A stretch of DNA of 64,000 nucleotides from a virus (Duplodnaviria > Caudoviricetes): positions 821 through 64,820 of IMG/VR virus record IMGVR_UViG_3300010938_000036, one strand, 5' to 3'. The position numbers and the translations under genes were made by a program. The notes under the pieces are model-generated. The model made no database searches and had not been told where the DNA came from. It was given only the letters and a program-made list of their open reading frames with translations. Each line of letters begins with the position of its first letter. Position 1 is the stretch's first letter. Positions 17,692-27,426 of this stretch are shown here, piece after piece.

Positions 17692-19822
17692 TAAACTTAT
17701 AGAAAGAGGAGAAATAGAACTTCCAGTTAAAACAAATCTTTCGGATGTAGAAAAGGTTTTAAATGCTTTATCTAAAGATGTTAAAGAAACTTCTGGTAGT
17801 TTAGTTATACAGCAGAAATTAATTCAAAGAATAATTGATTTTAAGACGGGAGAAAGTCGGTTAGCAAAAAGAATAGTTACAGATTTACGTTCGCAGGATG
17901 AAATTATTGCTGGTTTACAAAAACGGTATCGATTGAACTATGAGCAGGCAGAGAAAATAAGACAGGTTTTATCAGCGCAATCAGTAACTACTGAGCGAAC
18001 TGCTGGATTCTGGGATAGATTGCATCTTCGTAGTGTGCGTTGGAATGAAAGTATACAGCGTGCCAGAGAAGGGAGTCGTGCTATTGTAACTGATACGGGA
18101 GAAGTAGTCAGAAGGCAGACATTGCAGGATAAGTTATTAGGAAATTTGGTGGGTGGGTTTAAAGAATTGATAGGAACTCTTTTGCCTGTATCTATTTTCT
18201 TTGGTGGTTTTATTATGGCTTTGGTAAAAATAGTTGATTATTTTATGAAAACAAATGCCGAGGGAGTTAGATTTAGGTCAATAATGGGTGATATAAATGG
18301 AGCATTGGCGGAAACCTGGAAAACTGGGGGTGATATTTCTTTTTTAATGGGTACGGTGTCTACTTATTTAAGAATAAATCATGAAGAAGCGAGTGAACTT
18401 GTTAGTAATTTTGTAAGTGCTGGTGGTAGTATGAAGGTTTTAGGAGATACATTAGAATCTGTAACTCAGCGAGCAGTTTTTTTTAGGACTACATCTGAAG
18501 CAACTGGTGTACAATTAAAAGATTTAACATCAATGAGTCAGCGATTAAGATTTACAATGGTAGATATGTCAGAGAAATATGCGATGAATTTAGAGTTTTC
18601 AGGTGGGAATATGCAAACTCAGGTTTATAGTGCTGATTTGTTGACATCTTATATGGCAAGAATTGCAGGTGAAGCGAGAGATCTGGGGTTGTCTTCTGAG
18701 GATGTTTTTGCTACTATGTCTGATTTGGTTAAGGAAGCAGATAGATTAAATATAGATTATATGACTTCTGTTAATGTTTATAGTGCTTTATTAAAATTAA
18801 AAAGGGAAGATGTAAGGACAATGGGAGGACTTACGCATTTATCTGAAGAAGCGATTAAAGATTTTGCTACACTGGTTGTTAAGGCGAGTGATTTATCTTT
18901 ACAAACAAAGGCCTTTATTGCAGCATTTTCTGGGCGACCTATTACAAGTTTAGTAGATTTAGAAAGAACTTTTATAAGGGGTGGAGATTTCGCAGAAATG
19001 TTAGCAGAGGCAACAAGAAAACCTGTTAATTTGATAGTAGGATTATTTAGAGGTGAGCAACAGCAAAAAATGCTTGATTTATTACAAAAGAATACTGAAG
19101 AAGGAACCGCTACAAGAAGAGTAATTTATGATGTGTATCGTAACTTATATGAACAATTAGGAATTTCTTTTGAGATGTTTGAAGCAATGGTTACGGATCA
19201 GCGGTTTACCCAGCGTTTGCATGATGCTATGCAGAAAGCCAATGAGGTAGTTAAACAGCAACAGGACACATTAATAGAGGGGGCGCAGGAGACAGCGCAG
19301 GTAGGACAGTATATTATTGCAATGTCTGGTGGGATTAGAGGAGTGCAGAATCTTATTGTAGGTTATCTTGAAAAAATGTTAGGGTGGTTACGAATCATAG
19401 CAACTCGGTTAGGATATAAAGAGGAAAAGCCATTGACGGTTTATCAAAAATTAGAATTGCCTGAAACTCGTAAGGCTTTAACAGAGATGTATAAAAGAAC
19501 TGGAAAGGAAATAGGTGAAGCCGAGTTGATGGCTACACAATTGGCAGGACAATTGAGGTTTAGATTGTCAGCATTACAATTTGCACAAACACCTTCTCAA
19601 ATTAAAGGTGCGGTTTCTCGTTTGCAGGAAGTATTGCAACCTTTTGGTTTTAAAATTAGTATAGATGCTGGTATTGATAAAGATAAGGTAATAGTAGAAG
19701 TAGATAGAATATTAACTGAAATTCAAACAAAGTATGGACATGAAAAAGCAACACAACAGCAGCAAAGAGCAGCAGCGGTAACTTTGCCAGGCGGAGCACC
19801 CCTTATACCAGGGATTAGATAA
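17684..19822 (+). CDS. Tape measure protein
   Basis: 712 aa, helical, A/G/Q-rich, hydrophobic segment LLPVSIFFGGFIMALV; canonical position. Confidence 0.7.
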   Translation: MPDKLIERGEIELPVKTNLSDVEKVLNALSKDVKETSGSLVIQQKLIQRIIDFKTGESRLAKRIVTDLRSQDEIIAGLQKRYRLNYEQAEKIRQVLSAQSVTTERTAGFWDRLHLRSVRWNESIQRAREGSRAIVTDTGEVVRRQTLQDKLLGNLVGGFKELIGTLLPVSIFFGGFIMALVKIVDYFMKTNAEGVRFRSIMGDINGALAETWKTGGDISFLMGTVSTYLRINHEEASELVSNFVSAGGSMKVLGDTLESVTQRAVFFRTTSEATGVQLKDLTSMSQRLRFTMVDMSEKYAMNLEFSGGNMQTQVYSADLLTSYMARIAGEARDLGLSSEDVFATMSDLVKEADRLNIDYMTSVNVYSALLKLKREDVRTMGGLTHLSEEAIKDFATLVVKASDLSLQTKAFIAAFSGRPITSLVDLERTFIRGGDFAEMLAEATRKPVNLIVGLFRGEQQQKMLDLLQKNTEEGTATRRVIYDVYRNLYEQLGISFEMFEAMVTDQRFTQRLHDAMQKANEVVKQQQDTLIEGAQETAQVGQYIIAMSGGIRGVQNLIVGYLEKMLGWLRIIATRLGYKEEKPLTVYQKLELPETRKALTEMYKRTGKEIGEAELMATQLAGQLRFRLSALQFAQTPSQIKGAVSRLQEVLQPFGFKISIDAGIDKDKVIVEVDRILTEIQTKYGHEKATQQQQRAAAVTLPGGAPLIPGIR

Positions 19823-20544
19823 TGTCTTTTGATACTGAAAAACTTTTTATAAGAGTTTATAATAAGGATTTATTTATGGAATATCTTGATAATCAATTAG
19901 GATTACAAGGAACTGTGGTTGCTTCTGTTTTTTTGCCTGTTAATCCTTATAATGTAACTTTTTCTAAACCTCGTTCTGTGACTTTTCATCAAACTTTACA
20001 ACCACGAAGATTTATTATTTTGGATTGGGGGCAGGATATTCAATCAATAACTGTAAGGGGACAAACAGGGAGACTTTTATCTGAAAATATTATTTATAAA
20101 GAAGAAAATACAGGTAGGGTTATTAAATATGGAGAACAGGAATTAAAAGAAATTAATTATGAGAAATTGATTTCTTTACCATTAAGAACGCCACAAAAAA
20201 ATTTGATTAATGAAATACTTAATGCTAAGACTGTTGATGATGTGGCGGTTTTTTTAAGCGCTTTACCTATAACGGAAAATGACATTTTCCAGTATTCTGC
20301 TTATAGATATTTAATGTTAAAGGTTTTAGAAAAAATTTATCAGAATTTTGATGCAAACGAACAATTAATGAGTTTGTCCTGGATGGGTAATGAGTATTGG
20401 GGTATTATTACTGATTTTTCTTATTCTTGGGATACCGGTTCTTTATGGAATATTAAGTATGAGTTTACATTTAAATATTTGCCTACATTGAATTTTCTGG
20501 AAGATTGGGAATATAATAAAAAATTAGTAGAGGGTGCAAAATAA
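19822..20544 (+). CDS. Tail tube initiator/baseplate protein
   Basis: LPVNPYNVTFS, WGQDIQSITVRGQTG, YWGIITDFSYS..YEFTF. Confidence 0.6.
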   Translation: MSFDTEKLFIRVYNKDLFMEYLDNQLGLQGTVVASVFLPVNPYNVTFSKPRSVTFHQTLQPRRFIILDWGQDIQSITVRGQTGRLLSENIIYKEENTGRVIKYGEQELKEINYEKLISLPLRTPQKNLINEILNAKTVDDVAVFLSALPITENDIFQYSAYRYLMLKVLEKIYQNFDANEQLMSLSWMGNEYWGIITDFSYSWDTGSLWNIKYEFTFKYLPTLNFLEDWEYNKKLVEGAK

Positions 20545-22490
20545 TGGCTTTAAGGAAATTTTTATTTAGGTTTAATAGTTTTAAAAAAGAACCATTTGAG
20601 GTAGAATATTCTTCGCCACCTCAATTTTATAGACCACGGTTTTTTATTTTAATAGCTTTCAATTATTTTAATGTTATATATCAGAATACAGTATTATTTA
20701 CATCTTTTAAAAGAGCGGTAGAACTTTTCGCTACGAAATTATTACCAGAGCGTATAGGATTTATGTCTTCTATTTCTTTTAATATAGATAAGGAGGATAA
20801 AAATAAAGTTTTTAGTCTTTTTTCACTTTTTGTTAATTTTTTTATTAGTTCTGTTAGTGTAAGACGAACACGGACTGATATGTCCAGTGCAACAATAAGA
20901 TTATATTTCAAAAAAGGAGAGGATATTTTTTATGATGCTATGAAAAATGTTTTAGATCAGGTATTTTTTCCATTATGTCCTATAAGAATTTTTATGCAAG
21001 GTCGGTTTGTAGAATCAATGTTATCCGTTTTTACAGGTTTTATTTCAAATGTATCATATGCAGAAGAACCTAATTTTAAATCAATTGTTATTACCTGTTA
21101 TGATATAAGTAAACTTTTGATTCTTAATCCTGTTAACATTAATCCTGGTGTTGCAGATATCCATAAATTTAATGCTGTTTTTAAAAATGTTAAAGACCAG
21201 GAGGAACTTAATCTAAGAGTGAGATTATTTTCTCAATATTTTACTCTGCAATCATATAGAGTGATAATTAATACACTTATTAATGGAAATTTAACTATAG
21301 ACCTTGAAATGGCAAAACAAATAGGAATTCCTGAAAATTTATTACCGTTGTTACAGCAGGTTAATATAAATGGAATTTATAATATTTCTGAATTTAAAGC
21401 ACAAACGCCGATAATTTCTACTTCTGTTCAGCAGGATTCTTTTTTTGTTAAAAATTTTATTTTTAAACCAGCGGTAGCATTACGACCTCAACTTATTATA
21501 TGGGGAGATGATTTTATACCATATTTTGACCTTTCTGCCGCAACAATAGAAAACTTTAATTCTGAATATAAATCAAGATGGGAAATAATAAAAGAAACAA
21601 GTGAAAGAATTTTTTTTGATTTTTATGCAACTTCCTGGGGTGATTTTCATACTCATCCATATAGATTTCATCCTCATTTTATGCAGTATGATTTATTTAA
21701 TGTTAAGGGTGAACCTGCTAAATTTAAATTTACTGAAGATAATAAAATACCGCCATCAGTATATATTTTGACTGCGGATGAAATGCTTAATTTAGATATT
21801 ACTTTTAATGAAACAAATTATTTGACAGCATACGATATAGTGGGACAATTACCCTTTATTGGGGAAGGGCAGCAGGAATTTACTACGCTTTTATTAATGG
21901 GTTCCGATACTGTATCCAGTAGAATTATGTCTCAGTTAGGATTGCGATATAAAAGAGAATTTTATCCTTTGTTAAATAAATTAGCGGTTGGTTCGGGTTC
22001 AGATATAATTGAGGATACTAAACCTTTAGAAGAAGAAATTAATTCTTTATATGCTGCTGGCAGGAATATAGAGGCATTTGTTAAACAGCAGGAATTGATT
22101 GAAAAGTTAAAAAAGAATACTACAGTTTTAGAGAAAAATCAGCGTTCTAAAAATGCTTTAGATGTTTATGCTGCGGAAAGATTAAAATTTCATAATAGTT
22201 CTTTATTTAATGGAAGTGCAACATTGATTTTGCGTCCAGAAATGGATATAGCCAAACCTTGTTATGTTCCTGATAAGGATTTGTTATTCTATATAGATGA
22301 AGTGACGCATGAGATAACAGTCGGTAGTTCAGCGACTACTACTATATCTTTTGCTTATGGTCATAAACCTACAGAAACATTTGATTTATATGGAACCTTA
22401 AAGACTTTGACTCTATCAAGGAAGGAATTGCCACTTTTATTTTACAGGGACAAATTAAAAGAAAGAAAGGAAAAGGAGGAAAAAAGTTAA
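20544..22490 (+). CDS. Baseplate hub protein
   Basis: VFTGFISNVS, ITCYD, GSATLILRPEM...FYIDEVTHEI. Confidence 0.6.
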   Translation: MALRKFLFRFNSFKKEPFEVEYSSPPQFYRPRFFILIAFNYFNVIYQNTVLFTSFKRAVELFATKLLPERIGFMSSISFNIDKEDKNKVFSLFSLFVNFFISSVSVRRTRTDMSSATIRLYFKKGEDIFYDAMKNVLDQVFFPLCPIRIFMQGRFVESMLSVFTGFISNVSYAEEPNFKSIVITCYDISKLLILNPVNINPGVADIHKFNAVFKNVKDQEELNLRVRLFSQYFTLQSYRVIINTLINGNLTIDLEMAKQIGIPENLLPLLQQVNINGIYNISEFKAQTPIISTSVQQDSFFVKNFIFKPAVALRPQLIIWGDDFIPYFDLSAATIENFNSEYKSRWEIIKETSERIFFDFYATSWGDFHTHPYRFHPHFMQYDLFNVKGEPAKFKFTEDNKIPPSVYILTADEMLNLDITFNETNYLTAYDIVGQLPFIGEGQQEFTTLLLMGSDTVSSRIMSQLGLRYKREFYPLLNKLAVGSGSDIIEDTKPLEEEINSLYAAGRNIEAFVKQQELIEKLKKNTTVLEKNQRSKNALDVYAAERLKFHNSSLFNGSATLILRPEMDIAKPCYVPDKDLLFYIDEVTHEITVGSSATTTISFAYGHKPTETFDLYGTLKTLTLSRKELPLLFYRDKLKERKEKEEKS

Positions 22491-22491
22491 A

Positions 22492-23472
22492 TTGACAGGG
22501 GTAAGAATCAGATTGGTTAAGATTGTGAGTATAGATCCATTAACAAGGACTTGTACAGGTGTAGTTATTGATACAAATACGCCAATTAATAATATTTTTA
22601 TAACAACAAGTGCGCAGGATTTAACTTTGCCTAAGATTTTTGATGAAAAGGGTGATAATAATTTAGGAGAGGGTCAACTTGGAGTAGTGATTTTTGATGA
22701 TTTTGAGAGACCTTTTTTGATTTCCTTTATAGAAGTTAATAATCCACAAAAAGTGGAACAGGCATTGCGTCCAAGAATTAGACCTGGTGAGGTTTATCGT
22801 TTTGGTCCTGCAGGTCAATCTTTAAGAATGGATGTAAATGGGAATTTTTCAATTTCATCTGCGCTTCTGGATGGTATTTTTTATGATGTTAAAAACAGGA
22901 TTCTGGCATTGCGGGCAAATTTAATTAATTTATTTGGAATTGGCTATGAGATGTTTTTGGGTATGGTTCAGCGTTTAGGTAATTTTATCTTAAAGGGAAC
23001 TGAACTGGCTTTTGAATTTGCAGTTCGTTTATTTAATCCAATAACAAAAAATAAATTAGCAGAAGTAATAATAGGTGATGTTTATGATGAAGATGGTAAA
23101 CCGATTCCAGGGAAAATGCAAAATGCAGTTTTGTTATTGCGATTATTTAATGATTTAGGAATTCAGGTTAATAAATTGATTGTGGATAAGGGTGGTGATA
23201 TAATATTAGAGATAGCAAATAGTGATATAAGTTTTAAATCAAAAATAAAAGTATCAGGAGATGTGACCTCGCAAATAGTTTTGGAAATAAAAGAATTATT
23301 AGTAGGTGGAGAAAGTAATTTAGAGAAGGTTTTATTAGGAGAGACCTTTTGGAGACAGGTTTTTATAACGCATACGCATTCTACAGCAGTAGGACCAACT
23401 TCTCCACCACAGACTGTTTTGCCTGATAATATGGTATTGGCGGATGTTATGAAGGTTAAGAGAAATATATAG
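22492..23472 (+). CDS. Baseplate central spike protein
   Basis: N-terminal OB-like region, beta-repeat middle, C-terminal THTHSTAVGPTSPP iron-binding HxH motif. Confidence 0.7.
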   Translation: MTGVRIRLVKIVSIDPLTRTCTGVVIDTNTPINNIFITTSAQDLTLPKIFDEKGDNNLGEGQLGVVIFDDFERPFLISFIEVNNPQKVEQALRPRIRPGEVYRFGPAGQSLRMDVNGNFSISSALLDGIFYDVKNRILALRANLINLFGIGYEMFLGMVQRLGNFILKGTELAFEFAVRLFNPITKNKLAEVIIGDVYDEDGKPIPGKMQNAVLLLRLFNDLGIQVNKLIVDKGGDIILEIANSDISFKSKIKVSGDVTSQIVLEIKELLVGGESNLEKVLLGETFWRQVFITHTHSTAVGPTSPPQTVLPDNMVLADVMKVKRNI

Positions 23473-23483
23473 GAGGTTGGAAA

Positions 23484-23732
23484 ATGCTGATAGCAGATAA
23501 TCTTAAACAGGTTATTTTGAATGAAATGCAGGCACAGGGGTTTCCATTACAAACGGAGGTTCAGGGTGAAATTCAAAATACTGGATTGGACAAATTAGCG
23601 ACTGCACTGGCTATAGCGATTATTGATTATTTAAAACAAAATGCTGAAGTTGTGGTGCAACCTGGAACTTTTTTGATTTCGGCGCAGGCAGGAGTTCCTA
23701 ATCCCTCGCCTGTAATTTTGACTTTGAGGTAA
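23484..23732 (+). CDS. Small baseplate-region protein
   Basis: GGAGG RBS; LATALAIAIIDYLKQNAEV motif often follows spike genes. Confidence 0.55.
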   Translation: MLIADNLKQVILNEMQAQGFPLQTEVQGEIQNTGLDKLATALAIAIIDYLKQNAEVVVQPGTFLISAQAGVPNPSPVILTLR

Positions 23733-23737
23733 TTTAG

Positions 23738-24334
23738 ATGCCACAGGTTTGGCAAAATCCAAATACGAATGAAATTGTAAGATTTGCAAATCTTGCTTGT
23801 ATTGATGATTTTATTATTGCGTTTTTATGTAAGAGTTTTAAAAATATGAATGAGGTTAAATTGACAATAGATACTTTAAGAGAAATTTTATATTTATATA
23901 GAACACAGGGGAATTTATCTGCATTGGTGGGTTTGATAAATACATTTCCTATCAGTCAATTAAAACAGATTGCTACGCTTGTTAATACTTATGAGGATTT
24001 AACTCTGACTGTTATGAATCAAACTATAAATTCTTTAAGAAACGGATTATTATCATTGGTAAAGCAATTAGGAATATGGAAGGATTTGCCTAAATATGAG
24101 GGGTTTGCTACTTGTCCAGGATTGCAAATGTTAATGCAACCGATTAATGATATTTTTATTGAGTTATCAGAGGGAATTGAATTTTTGCAATTCCAGTATA
24201 ATGCTAAGAAACGGTTTATACAGGGTATAGGGCAAAAACAAATTGTTAATACTGATTTTTTTAATGCTTTAATTAATATTTTAGATTATATGAGTGATAG
24301 GATTAATGTTTTATGTTCGCCATTTTTGGTTTAA
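23738..24334 (+). CDS. Hypothetical protein, baseplate region
   Basis: 198-aa ORF. Confidence 0.55.
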   Translation: MPQVWQNPNTNEIVRFANLACIDDFIIAFLCKSFKNMNEVKLTIDTLREILYLYRTQGNLSALVGLINTFPISQLKQIATLVNTYEDLTLTVMNQTINSLRNGLLSLVKQLGIWKDLPKYEGFATCPGLQMLMQPINDIFIELSEGIEFLQFQYNAKKRFIQGIGQKQIVNTDFFNALINILDYMSDRINVLCSPFLV

Positions 24335-24349
24335 AAATGTGAGGTTTAC

Positions 24350-25039
24350 ATGGGTCTTTTGGATGTAAAATTAAGACTTAAACAGAATGGTAAATGGGAT
24401 TTATGGATGGATAATGCTGGTAGGATTTCAACTGTGGAGAAATCAGATAAACTGGCTTTACAGGCGATACGGAGTGTTATGAATAGAACTGTTTTTTCAG
24501 GTTTTATTAATACTGCTTTTGTTTCATTGAAATCTATAATAATTTCAAATGCATTAGAAACATTACGGCGTATACAGATAGTATTAACAAATGAGGTTCC
24601 TGATAATTTAGATGGATTTCATATTTATAAATCGTTAGATGGTCTAAATTTTCAGCGGATAAATCCTGTGATGGTATTACAAAAATTTATAGATGAGGAT
24701 GTTAAAAATGGGCGAGAATATTTTTATGGATTTACGACAGTAATGAATGGAGTAGAAAGTGATATTTTTAATACGATTTCTGTCATACCGACAAAGGATA
24801 CTTCTCGTAAGGATTTCTTTTTGTTGAATTATGTTTTGGTACAGGAGGATGACGGAAGAATAATTTTTTATTTTAAAAATAAGCGTAAATTTGATGCTTC
24901 TGAATTACTTGATAAGGTTAAGGAGGTTCGTTTGGAAACTGATAAAAATGATCCTCGTAAGGTGATGGTTAAAATAGTATTGGTTAATTTAGCGAAATCG
25001 TCATCTGATTTAACAATAAATTTAGGCAGTGAGGTGTAA
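24350..25039 (+). CDS. gp25-like baseplate wedge/sheath initiator with FN3-like insert
   Basis: DKLALQAIRSVM...NDPRKVMVKI flanking GFHIYKS...FIDEDVKNGREYFYGFTTV...VES. Confidence 0.55.
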   Translation: MGLLDVKLRLKQNGKWDLWMDNAGRISTVEKSDKLALQAIRSVMNRTVFSGFINTAFVSLKSIIISNALETLRRIQIVLTNEVPDNLDGFHIYKSLDGLNFQRINPVMVLQKFIDEDVKNGREYFYGFTTVMNGVESDIFNTISVIPTKDTSRKDFFLLNYVLVQEDDGRIIFYFKNKRKFDASELLDKVKEVRLETDKNDPRKVMVKIVLVNLAKSSSDLTINLGSEV

Positions 25040-25040
25040 A

Positions 25041-26426
25041 ATGATACAAATAGTTAGTTTAGATAGTTTATTGCAAAAGTTAATTGAAATTTTAAGAATA
25101 AGGTATCCCGAAATGGATACCAGTTCTGCTTCTATTATTAATGAATTATTAGTGAAAATGCCAGCGGTTGCTGGCAAATTATTTATGGATGAACTTAATA
25201 ATGTTGTTCAACAGATAGATATTCCATCTTTGACAGGTGATAGATTGGAGGAAGTTGCTAAAACTTATGGGTTAGAAAGAAATAAGGGTAAAAAGGCTAC
25301 TGGTTCTGTGGTTTTTTATACAACAATTACTCCTTCTGTTGCTGGTTTTACTATACCGCAGAATACAATTGTGGCTACAAGAGCGGGATTAGTTAATCTG
25401 ACATATAAAACAATAGAAACTGTTACAATTTATGCTTCGGATTATAATATAGACAGGCAAAGGTATGAAAAGGAGGTTAAGATAGAAGCAACTGAGGCTG
25501 GAAGTCAATATAATATAAGTGCTGGATTAATAACAAATATACAAACACCTGTAATGAATATTCAGGGTGTGATTAATGATTCTGCTATTGTTGGTGGAAC
25601 TGACAGCGAGACGGATGATGAATTGCGGGAGGCATTGATAGAAAGGATTGTGGGTAGAAATTTAGGAACTTCAGTAGGGATTCAAGCGAGGGTAAATAGA
25701 ACTTTTGATTTACCTTCTTCTGAAATAGTTTTAGTAGACGATGATGATTCAGAAAGGTCTACGGGTGCTGATTTATTTGTTATTTTTGAAGAATTTGAGC
25801 AGGTTATAGCAGAAACTTATATTTATAATATTAATAATCCGCCATATTTTTATTTATCAAAACAACCAATTGATGAAATTGTTGAGGTTAAGGTTAATGG
25901 TAATCTTACTACAAATTGGATTTTGCACAAAGATTCAAGTCCTTTAAGAGAATCTATTTTTGCGCAGGATTATGTTGAGGTTTTGAATTTAAACAATAAT
26001 GACAGTGTTTCTTTTACTTATAAATATAGTAGAATTGATAAAATACAGGAATGGGTAGATTTACGAGAAAACCGTATTCCATCTGCTAATTTATTGGCTA
26101 AAAGAGGAGATAGATATAATGTTAATTTAAATATAACTGTTGGATGGCGAGAGAATGTTATAGTCAGTAATGAACAAAGTAGAATTATAAGTGCATTATC
26201 TCTTATGCTGGATGGGTTTGATTTAGGAGAAGATTTAGATATTTCTGATATAATAACAGCGGTGGAAAACGGATATTCTGATATTAAAATAACAAGTGTA
26301 GATTTTGTAATAGTAAATTCTTTTAGTGCAGTTAATAAATATGGTAATACTTTATTACCTGTTAATCAGAGAATAAGTGTTAATAGAAAACAATATTTAA
26401 GATTGGGTACGGTGGTCTTTACATGA
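25041..26426 (+). CDS. Baseplate J-like wedge protein
   Basis: LEEVAKTYGLER..ATGSVVF, EATEAGSQYNI, GGTDSETDDELR. Confidence 0.85.
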   Translation: MIQIVSLDSLLQKLIEILRIRYPEMDTSSASIINELLVKMPAVAGKLFMDELNNVVQQIDIPSLTGDRLEEVAKTYGLERNKGKKATGSVVFYTTITPSVAGFTIPQNTIVATRAGLVNLTYKTIETVTIYASDYNIDRQRYEKEVKIEATEAGSQYNISAGLITNIQTPVMNIQGVINDSAIVGGTDSETDDELREALIERIVGRNLGTSVGIQARVNRTFDLPSSEIVLVDDDDSERSTGADLFVIFEEFEQVIAETYIYNINNPPYFYLSKQPIDEIVEVKVNGNLTTNWILHKDSSPLRESIFAQDYVEVLNLNNNDSVSFTYKYSRIDKIQEWVDLRENRIPSANLLAKRGDRYNVNLNITVGWRENVIVSNEQSRIISALSLMLDGFDLGEDLDISDIITAVENGYSDIKITSVDFVIVNSFSAVNKYGNTLLPVNQRISVNRKQYLRLGTVVFT

Positions 26427-27406
26427 TGATTAATTTGAAGGATAAAATAGATAATATTTTTTGGGATTTATCGCCAGATACCAATATTTCTAAATATCTT
26501 GATGCTCTTAATGATTTTTATAATGATATTCTGGATGAAGCAGAGAAAGTAAATAAAAATCTATTTTTACTTCGTGCAGTTAATTTAGATTATTTTTCAA
26601 AAATCCTTTCTATTTATAATAGAAATGTTTTTTTTAGTCCTGTATACCAGAATTTTGAATATTTTAGAACTAAAGTTATTTCTGTCTGGATGGCTACTAT
26701 AACGGCACCAACTTATGAAATGATTAATTGGCTTGCAGGGGGTTATTCTTTTCAACCTTGTTTTATTGTTGTTGGTAGTTTTAGTAATTTGTTTGCATGG
26801 ACTTTGAATAATTGTTATCTTGATGGAAATGCAAATAATCCTATTATTTATACGCAACCAAGAACCTGGTTAAGGTCTCCTTATGCTTTCCAAACAATGA
26901 TACAAGTACAGGTTTTTTCTGATGGAGTTAATCAACTTGCATATCAGGAGGAGTTTAATGAATTTGAAATGTTGTTAAAAAAGTTATACGGACCTTATAA
27001 AGTTTATATAAAATTATTTCCATTCCGGGAATCACCTCCAGATTATTATTTATTTGCTTCTTTTAGTCCTTATAATTTTAATTTTATACTTAATAATATG
27101 AATTTGGATTCTGGTGGTTTTTATTTTTATATTAAAAATCCAGGAACCAATGCAAGTTTAGAGACCAGTGATAGAATGGTTAATCAGGGGATTTATGAAT
27201 TTAATGCTTTTGAGGTAATTTTATCTGATAATCTTGAACGTAGTTTCTTCTATTCATTGGATAGTGGGAATACTTGGATAGAGATTAAACCGCTTGACAA
27301 AATTCAATTAATCAGTAATAATAATATGAGGTTTAAAGTGGTTTTAGAAAGTATTAGAGACAAGGATGTGTATAGGTTTTTCAGCATTATGTTACATCGT
27401 TTATAG
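26423..27406 (+). CDS. Baseplate wedge protein (gpI-like)
   Basis: Follows baseplate J; FEYFRTKV..ATITAPT. Confidence 0.5.
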   Translation: MMINLKDKIDNIFWDLSPDTNISKYLDALNDFYNDILDEAEKVNKNLFLLRAVNLDYFSKILSIYNRNVFFSPVYQNFEYFRTKVISVWMATITAPTYEMINWLAGGYSFQPCFIVVGSFSNLFAWTLNNCYLDGNANNPIIYTQPRTWLRSPYAFQTMIQVQVFSDGVNQLAYQEEFNEFEMLLKKLYGPYKVYIKLFPFRESPPDYYLFASFSPYNFNFILNNMNLDSGGFYFYIKNPGTNASLETSDRMVNQGIYEFNAFEVILSDNLERSFFYSLDSGNTWIEIKPLDKIQLISNNNMRFKVVLESIRDKDVYRFFSIMLHRL

Positions 27407-27426
27407 TGAAGGTAAAGGAGGGATAG